Shown: positions 37,447 to 48,298 of the stretch, piece after piece
How the letters are laid out: every line of letters starts with the position of its first letter
How positions within the stretch are numbered: the first letter of the stretch is position 1
Assembly (NCBI GenBank): GCA_965153455.1
Contig: OZ234493.1
Span: 4,650,001-4,714,000 of the forward strand
From: Sphagnum compactum
Lineage: Eukaryota
Direction: 5' to 3'
DNA: 64,000 bases
Made by a program: the position numbers and the translations under genes
The notes under the pieces: generated by a model
The model's database searches: none
Told to the model about the DNA's origin: nothing
What the model saw: only the letters and a program-made list of their open reading frames with translations

Positions 37447-40400
37447 ATGAACGAAGAAGAAGAGGAGGCCCTTTTGGAGGACCCGCGCATCTGCCGGAAT
37501 CATCTTGCTCGGGACAGGCACGTTGCTCGATCTGAGGAGCAACGTGCGGCAGATGCGAACCGGCGAGCAACTCACAGAGCTGCGCGTAGTGATGCGCAAA
37601 TTGCTACGAATGCCAGCCGACGGGCAACTCAGAGAGCTATGCGTAGCGATGCGCAGATTGCAACGGATGCCAACTGGCGAGCAGCTCAGAGAGCTGCGCG
37701 CAGCGATGCCCAGATTACAGCGGATGCCAACCGACGAGCAGTTCAGAGAACTGCGCGCAACGATGTGCAGAATGCAACGAATGCCAGCTGGCGGGTAGTT
37801 CAGAAAACTACGCGCAACGATGCGCAAATTGTTTTGGAAAATGTTGTGTGTGTTAACGCCCGGACACTTTTGCATTCTGATAGGCAACAGCAAATGCATA
37901 ACGCGGATCCTCAGGCTCACCAGGGCCAACGTGAGCAATTGTCGGAAGAGCGTCGCCAAGAAATTCGAAACGTTGACCGTCAAGCACGCAGTGCCCAGCG
38001 TGAACTGGATGGCGCAAACCAAGGTGGGAATCAAATGATACCTTTGGCGCGCCATGAATTTGATGGTAGCCATCGTGGTCTTCGCCACACTTTAGGTGAA
38101 ATGACCACCGTGTGTGGCAAGTGCGGCGCCCTACACTTTTTGGAAGAGCGTGTCGCATCAAGTTCATGCGCCAATCCGCAATTTACACTGTGCTGCGCGC
38201 AAGGTAAAGTGACGCTGCCCCCATTGGCACCCCCACCAGAGCCACTCAGGCGACTCCTTGTAAGTAAAGAAACGGATGCGAAAGACTTTCGTCAGCACAT
38301 CCGCTCTTACAACAGTGCGTTAGCCTTCACGTCTGTGGGGGCCAAGCTGGATACTAGTGTTGCCCAACCTGGCAATTATACTTACCGTCTTCGCGGTGAG
38401 CTTTACCATAGGATGGGGAGTCTACTTCCTCAACCTGGCAAGGCGCGAAAATTCGCCCAACTGTACATCAGCGATCCGCATGCTGAGCTTGATGGCCGAA
38501 TGGGCAATTTTGGTGGCCTGAATAGGGACACCATGCAATCGTTGCAAACGATGTTACATGCATGCAACCCCTATGCCATCATCTACCAAACGGCCGCGGA
38601 ACGGCTCCAAGGCGGGGCTATTGAGCTAAGTCTTCGTTTGGTGAACGATCGCCGCACTAATTTGCGACGTTATAATGCGCCAACTGTTGACGAAGTTGGC
38701 GCATTGATGGTTGGGGGCGATGTGGATGAAGTAGACGTGCGCGACATTGTTGTGCGTTCGACTAATGGCTATTTTCAGTGCGTCTCTCCCCTGCACAGTG
38801 CATATGCGCCATTACACTACGTCCTTCTTTTCCCAGATGGACGCAACGGATGGCATGACGGCATCCCATTGAATGGATTTCAATGGGATGGCTCTGTGTT
38901 CATCCAGGATGACGAGAATACAGTAGGTGGTAAACGCGGTTCTGCGCGCGTCACCATGCTTCAATTTTATGCATACATGCTACAACATCGCGTCAACGAG
39001 GAATGGATTCTACGAGCCGGAAGGCTTTTGCAGCAATTCATTGTTGACGCGTATGCATGTAATGAACAGAACCGCTTGAAGTTTATTCGCGAGAACCAAC
39101 GACAGTTGCGTTGCGACCTGTACAATGGTCTTCAAGATGCATTGAATGCTGGCGACGTTCTCAGGAACGACGTCGGGCAGAAGATGATTCTCCCGTCGTC
39201 ATTCCAGGGTGGTGAGCGCGCCATGTACCAGGATGCCATGGCCAGGGTCCGCAAATTTGGTAAGCCGGACCTTTCTGTCACATTTACCTGTAATCCTAAA
39301 TGGAAAGAGATTACATATGCGCTTCTCCTGGGATTACATATGCGCTTCTCCTGAGATTACATATGCGCTTCTCCTGGGACGCTTCAGACTGCCAAGGATC
39401 GCCCAGAGTTAGTAACTCGCGTTTTCAATTTGAAACTTGACGCCCTTTTGAGGGACATCAAAGACGGTGTTCTTGGCAATGTGATTGCTTAAATTTGGGT
39501 CATCGAGTTTCAAAAGAGAGGCTTGCCCCACGCACACATTTTGCTCATTTTAGATGAAGCGTCAAAATTGCGCACTGCCGAGGACTTCGATTCGATGGTA
39601 TCGGCCGAGATTCCGGATTCGATACGCCATCCTGAGGCGTACGAGACGGTCATTTCGTGCATGGTGCATGGGCCATGTGGTCCAGATTTTCTCAATGCAC
39701 AATGCATGGAGGAAGGAAAGTGCAAGAAAAGGTACCCGTGTTCCTTTAGTGAAGAAACGCGCTGTGATGTTGACGGGTACCCCGAGTATCGGCGCCGTCA
39801 AACTCGCATTTTTGTAGATCCAAAGACGCAACGCGTGGTGGATAACCGGTGGAAGTCCCGTATAATCTTCAAGTCCCGTATAATCTTCACCTGGCAACCA
39901 AGTACCACGCGCACATCAATGTGGAGATATGTTCGTCCATATCTACCGTCAAGTACCTGTACAAGTATGTGTACAAGGGACCTGACCGTGCTACTGCCGT
40001 TGTCGAAAGGCAGGCGAATAGGCATGGCCAGGAGAACAATGCGCAAGTGGTTGTTGCTAATGGTGAGGGGCAAAACCACGATGAAATTAAAGCATACCTT
40101 GAAGGACGTTATGTCTCTGCTTCTAAGGCATCGTGGCGTCTTTTCTCTTTTAGAATGCATGAAGGGACACCGTCTATCACACGCCTTGCCGTGCACGAGC
40201 CTGCAATGCATAAGGTCGTGTACAATGATAATGCCAATATTTTTGAAACTATTAATAGCGAGCAAAACCAGAAAACAACGCTCACCGAATACTTCCAAGC
40301 TAATATTGATTACCCCTTGGCCAGAAAAGTCACGTACATGGATTTTCCCTCTGTGTTTACATGGACCAATGGGACGAAAAAATGGACCATCCGACAGAGA

Positions 40401-42362
40401 GGGTGCTGTGTCGAGCGCCTTTATTTTGTCAGTCCTTTCGCTGGCGAACGCTATTTCTTGCGTACATTGTTAACGAAGGTCAAAGGTGCTGTTTCTTTTG
40501 AAGTTCTTCGCACAATTAACGATGTTGTCCATGACACATTCAAATCAGCGTGCATTGCGCTTGGTTTGTATGACTCGGATGACGAGTGGAATGCCTGCTT
40601 AGAAGAAGCAGTTGGCATGCAAACAGGTGCGCAATTGCGATCTCTGTTTGTGACCATCTTGGCCTTTGGCGTTCCAGGTGAGCCGCGCATGCTCTGGGAC
40701 AAGTATAAGGAGCACATTTGTGATGATTGTAAGGTAGCATTGCAACATCGCGGTATAGTGGAACCGTCCATTGAGCAAATTGAGAGTTGGGCATTGCATT
40801 CCTTACAGGATGCGCTTGCCAAATTTAACAAAACTCTCGAGGAATTTGGCCTTCCTGCCCCCTCTGTTGCCTTTGATCGATTAGAGACCAATCGCCTGCT
40901 TGAAGTGGAGCGCGACTACAATGTCGACGTCTTGCAAGCCGAGGTGGCTATGGCCATTGAGAACCTCAATGATGGGTAGCGTGCAGCCTATGATGGCGTA
41001 ATCAATGCATATGCTGCCCATCACGCTAAAGCCATCTTTATCGATGGCCCCGGTGGAACGGATAAAACTTACACCGAAAACTTGATTTTGAATGTTGTGC
41101 GTTCGCGTGGCGATATTGCATTTGCTGTCGCCTCTTCAGGCATTGCTGCACTTCTGCTCTCAGGAGGACGAACGGCCCATTCGTACCTGAAGATCCCGAT
41201 CGCACTTGACCGTACGTCCCTATGCTGTATCCGTAAGCAGGATGATTTAGCAGCGCTAATCCGTCAAACAAAACTCATCCTTTGGGATGAAGCTCCTATG
41301 ACTAATAAGCTCGCTTTTGAAGCGGTGGATCGAACTTTGCGTGACCTTACAGACAGGGATGAGCCCTTTGGCGGCATTGTTTTCGTCATGTCAGGGGACT
41401 TTCGCCAGGTCCTTCCGGTCATCCCCCGGGGATCCCATGCAGACATTGTCTCTGCATCTATCAAGAACTCCTTCCTATGGGAATCTGTTGAGGTATTCCG
41501 TCTTTCGGAAAATATGCGGGCCGCTGATGCCGTTGCTGTTCACCCCGATCTTGGGAATCGCACTTTTGCAGACTGGCTTCTTTGTCTTGGCAACAACGAG
41601 CTAGAAACCATCGATGAAGACTACATCAAATGTCCAGACATGATGAAACTCCCTCCTGCGGACACACGAGCCATGGCTGTGGCCATCTACCCTCAACTAC
41701 ACGAGGGCCAGGTCACAAACGAGTATTTGCGTGAACGCACGATTTTGGCTCCTCGCAACAAGGAGGTTTCGCTAATAAACGTGATGGTTTTAAGCTACTT
41801 TCCAGGCGCGCAAGTTGACTTCCTCAGTGCGGATTTTGCAAAGGACATGGAAGTGGCGAACACATACCCTTCTGAGTTCCTCAACACTTTGGAAGTCAGT
41901 GGCATGCCTTCACACAAGCTGTCGTTCAAGATTGGCGCACCAGTGATGCTGTTGCGCAATCTCGACCCATCGGCTGGGCTATGCAATGGGACGCGCCTGA
42001 TTATTCGATGCTTCACGATGCGAGTCGTTGAGGCTGAGATCATCACAGGCAAAGGGGCTGGTAATGTGGCCTTTATCCCGCGCATTAAGTTCATTTCCGA
42101 TAATAGCGGTTTGCCATTTACATTTCCAAGGAAGCAATTTCCTTTGCGGCTAGCCTATGCGATGACTATTAACAAGTCTCAAGGGTAGACCCTCTCTCAT
42201 GTTGGCCTTCATCTCGCAGATGACGTTTTTTCGCATGGCCAACTTTATGTTGCCTTTTCACGCGCCAAGGCACCAACGAACATCAAAGTTCAACTGCCAG
42301 ACACTATGCATGGCCGGATTGGCCTTATGCGCAATGTTGTGTACGAAGAAGCCCTCCTTTGA
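37447..42362 (+). pseudogene. Helitron RepHel transposase (HUH Rep plus PIF1 helicase), intronless, disrupted
   Basis: Zn motif CGKCGALHF...CCAQGKV, RSYNSALAFTS, FAQLYI, LLQQFIVDAY, ILPSSFQGG. Rep motifs PDLSVTFTCNPKW, EFQKRGLPHAHILL (HUH) and KYLYKYVYKGPD (Y2). Helicase motifs FIDGPGGTDKT, ILWDEAPM, GDFRQVLPV, LCNGTRL, QFPLRLAYAMTINKSQG*TL and FSHGQLYVAFSR. Lesions: frameshifts at ~39307-39390 and ~39852, stops at 39490, 40977 and 42186. Confidence 0.97.
37530..37830 (+). repeat. 57-bp (19-aa) coding tandem repeat in the RepHel N-terminus, about 5-6 copies
   Basis: G(C/T)A(A/G)(C/T)TCA..GA blocks start at 37567, 37624, 37681, 37738 and 37795; peptide unit approx. RSDAQIATDANRRAAQRAA. Confidence 0.9.
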
Positions 42363-42799
42363 GGCTGCATGCATCTCCTAAATGGCTCCGCGAGAAGCTA
42401 CATTCACGATGTGCAGCTGTTTGAAATAAAAACTTGGGGGTTAGGGTTAGCACGCCCTTCATAAACGCTTTTCAAAAGAAGAAAGCTTGGAATCTGCTCA
42501 AATCCTCCACAAATCTCAGCAATTTCAAAACCTATTTTTTTTCTCCTCAAAATGTGGCGATTTCAAAACCTTTTTTTTTTCCCCTCCTGGAAATGTGGCG
42601 ATTTAGTTTTGTTTTAGAAATTTTCCAAAATGCTTGCTTCACCATGTATGTTTTCATGGGGGACTTTTCAACGGATTTTCGTCACAAAAAATAAATAAAA
42701 TAAAAATAAAATTAGCTGCTTTGCGCCTTTGTGTGTGTCTCTCTTGGTTTAAAGAAACTGGGGGACTTCACAGTGTCCGAAGGTCACGGGTACCCACTA

Positions 42800-44413
42800 T
42801 CTACTTATATAATATCCTTGGGTGGTCGTCCTTTCCATCCATCCGTCCCGTCATCCAAGTTCTTCATCCCGGAAGAAGAAGATGATGGAAGAGGAGGACG
42901 ACGACGACTCATGACGGCGACAACAGTTTATCCACATGTTCATGTGATCCAATCCTGTAGTTTATGAAAAACTCCTGTAGTCTTGCAATTTGCCAAAAGC
43001 TACAAACTAATTTTAAAAAACTAAAAATTGTTGAAAAAAAAATGAGAAACAAGAGAAGAAATCTTTTTAAAACAACACAAGAAATTTCAAATTAAAAAAG
43101 AAAAAAAAAGTTATTAACAAATAAATAAAATGAAACAAAGTTGTAACAAAAAAGAAGAAAACAGAACAAATTTTTTTTTTAAGGGAAAAAGCTAGAAAAA
43201 AAAAACAGAAAAACATTTTAACAATTAGAAACTTTTTTAAAACACTTAAAAATAGAAAAAAATGAAAACATATAAAATAAATATATTTAAACATGAAACA
43301 AAAAAGGGAAATATAGTAAAATAATCTTAAAAGAAAATTTAAAAATAGATGACAAAAAATAAAAAACAAAATAGACAGCAAAAGAAAGAGAAAAAAAACC
43401 ATACTTGAAAAAAAAAAAAAGGTTTGTCTTCTTTTTCCAAACTTCAAACCTGTATTACAAAAATACAAAAGTTTTTTAAAATTATTTTCATTACAAAACA
43501 TATCAGAAAAACTAGAATCTTTTTGAAAAAGAAAATAGAAACAAAATAAATAAATAAATAAATGCATAATTTAAAAAAAAAATGAAGATAGACAAAATAA
43601 GAATAGAATAAATTAAAGCATGAAACAAACATAAACAAAAAAAAGTAAAAACTCAAAAACTATAAAAAAAAGGATGGAAACAAATGAAACAAGGAAAGGG
43701 AAATATAGTAAAATAATTTTAAAAGAATTTTTTTTACAAAAATGAAGAAACCAAATCAAGAGTAAAAAATAAGAAAAAATAAAACTTATAATAATGAAGA
43801 AAAACCCTGCTTGAAAAAGAATGAGGTGTGTCTTCTTTCTCCAAACTTCAAACTTGCATCCAAATAAACAAAAATATAAAAGTGAAAAAGAAACATTTTA
43901 TTTTTATTATACAAAATAATAAAAAAAAACAGAAAACACATTAAAAAAATTTTTTTAAAAAAAGTTTCTAGAAAAAACTAACATGAACCGAGTTTAAAGA
44001 AACCGGGGGACTTCGTTGTGCCCGAAGGTCACTGTTCGTCCGGTCGTCCTCCTTGGGTTGTATGTTGGGGGCGCGTTAGTGGGTATGTGTAATTTGGGGG
44101 AGGGATGATATATCATAGGCTGTGATTGGGTTCAGCAAGTAACTATCGAATAATCAATATATTTATTTTTAAGGATTTAGTTTTCACACATGTTCATGAG
44201 TTTATTTTTTAATTTTTTTATGTTGCAAGTATGACAAGGTTTGTTGAAATTTTCAGAAAATTATTTGAACTTAGACTTGCAAATTACACCTTTTTTCAAA
44301 AATAAACATTTTGAATTATGTTGTTTTGTTATGTATAGAGTTCGTAATATTGTTAATAGAAGAGAAAGTGATGTCATATGTCACAGTGTCCGAAGGTCAC
44401 GGGTATCCACTAG
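42800..44413 (+). mobile_element. Nested non-autonomous Helitron (1.6 kb); contains the right arm of the long inverted repeat
   Basis: 5' A|TCTACTTATATAATATCC at 42800 and 3' CAGTGTCCGAAGGTCACGGGTATCCACTAG|T at 44413. A/T target. An internal truncated terminus lies at 44005-44032. Confidence 0.8.
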
Positions 44414-44689
44414 TTATAGATAGAGATGTACCTATATACCTATTTTGGCTATCAAAACTCAATGTAAATTTCAAGTTTTAAAAACTCCCAAAGCCACAAT
44501 GTGGGATGAAGTGGTGACAAATAGGAAGTCCCATGCTTATACAACTACATAAAATATTATAGAGGCCATTTCCAAAACAAAAGATAGGTTAGGAATTTGG
44601 AAAGTAGTTGTGGGGAGTATCCACATTCTATTCTTAAAATAATGGTGTCATTTCCATGAACTAATTCCCAAACAAATTGGTTTAAAATT

Positions 44690-47600
44690 TACATAAAACC
44701 CTTTCACTCCTTGGTTTTCAATGTAAAAATATATACATATATCTAGTTGGCTATATATGTATTTGGACAAAGGCTTTCTAGTTGCCATTGTAATGTGGGG
44801 GAATTTTCAATTTGTAACAAATATACCTTTTAAGTACGTTCAAGTATGATGCAATTCCCTACAAATTTAGGAACATGATTAAGGTTTGGTTTTGGTGGTG
44901 GGTATATTGGTCTTTGGGGGGGGGGGGGGGGGGGGGGGGCTTCAATCAATCGTTGAAATGATCTTCCATGCAAGTTTTTAATTACATGAAAATCTTGCTT
45001 TTCTTGTAATCCTTCATGTTTTGTGTCTAATGATTCTATTTATAACCTAAGTTTCAAAAACCAGACACCACTTGGACTTAGATTTTCATTTTTTAGTTTT
45101 GTTCCCATTATTTTTTAAAAGTTAAATTCAACAAGGTTCAACATTTTTATGATTAACAAAATTGATTTATTTCATTCTTGTACTTGTCTAAGTACACTTG
45201 GTTCCAAAAGGTTCCATTTAAATATGTTTACTTTTTGTGAAAATAGCCTTCCAACATCTTTTTTGCCCTACTCCACCCAAATGCTTTTCCAACCTAAATG
45301 TTTGTTTTGATGTATTTTGTGTGGTCAAGAAGTCTTAAAAAGCGATTCAATTATCAATCCCATTTGAAGCATGATTGGATCATTAATAACATGCAATTGA
45401 AATTCAAAAACATAAAGTCAACAATGCAATGAAAAAATGTTGGACATTAAAGTTTAATAAACTTTAAACATATTTCATGTGTACATATTTCAACACAAAT
45501 CATATATTTCAAAAATTGTTATATGATTGATCTATTGATCCAAACTTTAAATCCAATGGTGTACAAACTTCTAACAATTTAAGAAACATTTTCAATTGAA
45601 TCAACACGAATATGATAAAATGTGGGCATATCCAATATCAACTTTCACTAATTATTGGAATTTGATTTGTGACAACCCACCAAAAGGGATGTGTGATCTA
45701 GTCACTTGTATCATATAATGTAATTAAGGGAACCAAAAAAATGAATTATTGAACATGAATCATATACTTACATGAATTGAATGTTTTGCTTTCTTCATAA
45801 ACTTGGTCCAACATTCAACTATAACAATTGAGCTTCGATGTACAATAGACAACATTACATGTTAGATAAGATCCATAAACAATGGAAAAATGAAAGGGAG
45901 AACTTTAGGGTTCATAATTAGGTAGATGGAAATCATTTTGACCTTTTTGTCATCCAAAAGACTTTTCTATTCAAATGGGAAGCATATTCATTCACAATGC
46001 ATGGCATGCTAGCATAAGGTGTGAAGAGTTTCCTCTATGTTGCAGTTGGAAAAGAGTCAAACAAAGGAAGGTTGTATGTAGAGTGCACCCATCTTATTTC
46101 ATTTGTTTCTACAGCGAACCAACTAAAAGTGGATCCCTTAATCCTTTGATCAAAAACCTAGTTGTGGTCTGGAGAATATGATGGAAAGTAAGAAAGGTAA
46201 TTGGAGGTTCCTAAAGTTGGATGTTGTAAAGGAACAACATGAGTTGGAGCTTTCTTGCCATAGGAGGGAGTCCAAAACCTCTAGGAATGTATATGCTCCC
46301 AAAAGTTGGAGGGAAATCCAAAGTGCTAGATTTGTAAGAAGGGAGAGTGCACGAAAGAAGAATAACCACCCAGCAATTGTCAAATTTGTGGCAAATATGA
46401 GAAAAAACACAAAGAGGATGGAATGTACAAGAAATATGGGGGAAGTGAGGGAAAATAATGTGTTGAGGAGGATTTTAGCTTCGTCCCAAGAAACTCCACG
46501 AGCAATTGCACAAGAACGACTTGTCGACCAATTGAAAAAAGATGTCAAATTGGGATTTAAGATGCAACCTAGCGAAGACTTATTGCAAGCATTTAGGCAA
46601 TTCGGAATAATGAAACACAAGAGTAGGGTGGAGATGGTTCTCAAAGACAACAAGAAGGAACTTTCAAGGAGCCACCAACAACGATTATTCCCAACAAATT
46701 TTCACATCATGAACCCAGGGTGGCGCATTTGAACAATGGATCCTTCATTATTAATCCTCCAAAGTCAATGATTTCCAACCAAATTTCATGGGTTTAGTAA
46801 TGGCTATAAGACCATTCATATATATTATTTTGTTGGGAGCATCTTGATGTACAAGATTTGTTCCAACTTGTCAACAAATATCTTGCCAAAAAATATTCCC
46901 ACCAAAAGAAAAAAGATACCAACAAAGGAAACTCAACTCTCATGTTTAATACAACCTATGTTGTTCACAACAAAATAATGTTGCCAAAACTATTTTCTTC
47001 CTCTCCACCTTCCATACTCTTGCAACGAGCTCCAGGTTAGCCTTCCATTTTCATTCAAATTCCCCTCATCCTCTAGAGCACACACATCATCAACATCATT
47101 GTCATTATGAGTTAATTTTTAGCTTCCAACTTTTCAATTTTCAAAATCACTCTCTAAATGGATTTGAAAGATACAACATGTTTGAGTTGATAATATTCCT
47201 TTACATACATGCAATCAAGATCTTTAAATTGTCTTGAAATGACTAAATAATAAGAATAATAGTTTGACAATTTGAAAATTTACAAATACAAATATATTAG
47301 TATGATTAAATGTAGGTTCAAATCCATAAAACAAGTCAATGTGTGATGGCATAAAGTTTCACATTTTAATTTATATCTTGACATCATGCAGTTCATCTTC
47401 AAGTGATTTAATTTATAATTCTTAAATTTTTGGTACGGAGAAATTTGACAAACATTTATGGAAGTCCTTGGAAATTTCAATGGGCAACCTCAAATCCTAT
47501 ATATGGTGAATTTAAATCCTACCCAATGGATGTATGCAAAACGTGAAGGGAGAAATAGAATCATCATATATTGCATTTAGCTACCATTGTTATCTTAACA

Positions 47601-48243
47601 AAAATATGGTGTTAACAACTAATTGCTTATAAAGAATCAATTTATGAAAAACTTCAATTGTACAACTAAATTTAATATGGTTCCACATATTGCAAAACAT
47701 GAACAAACATTCAACAATTCAAAAAAATTCAGTTCATGTAGAAACAAATTTCTTCCCTAGTTCACTCCTTTAAAATTTCAATTAATTTAAATAAAACCCT
47801 TTCTTGGGCCAAGTCTCTCTATGGCCTAGTTACTTAATTTTCTAATGAAGTCATCAACTACTATATTTAACAACCTTATTTTACATACAACTCACAATAA
47901 ATTTTCATCTTGAAAATCCATAAATAACCCCTTTCTCATTTAAAACAAATTGACATCCCTATTCTTTCATCTCTATGCCATAAAAACATGACACTTTCAC
48001 ATGGTGACTTAAAAACCAAAGAATGATCCATCATACCATAATATGTATGGACCATAACTACTCAACAAGGTGACATGTTGGTAAATTTGCATTTTGGTTG
48101 CAAACATTATCACAAGTAGATCTCAAAATAACATTGTGACTTGAGCATCAAAGTGTGATTTCTACTTTTTAAAAAACTTTAAAGTTGGAGATAGGTGATT
48201 AGCCTTAGGCCATGTTAAATGAAATAATGGAAATGAGAAATAC

Positions 48244-48298
<55 letters not shown>

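Larger units (their letters stand above)
35999..44426 (-). mobile_element. Composite Helitron (~8.4 kb). The outer element reads TC...hairpin-CTAG on the minus strand and encloses a + strand RepHel gene and nested modules
   Basis: Minus-strand 5' end A|TCTCTATCTATAA at 44426 (tentative). Minus-strand 3' end CAGTGTCCGAAGGTCACGGGTACCCACTAG|T at 35999. A/T target and no TSD. The terminus motif also occurs at 36318 (-), 42760-42799 (+), 44005-44032 (+, truncated) and 44381-44413 (+). Confidence 0.75.

Noticed and set aside
37390-42094. Antisense and alternate-frame ORFs over RepHel
   Set aside because: Shadow ORFs of a GC-rich coding sequence; the same applies to those over the CSLD and HGSNAT exons.
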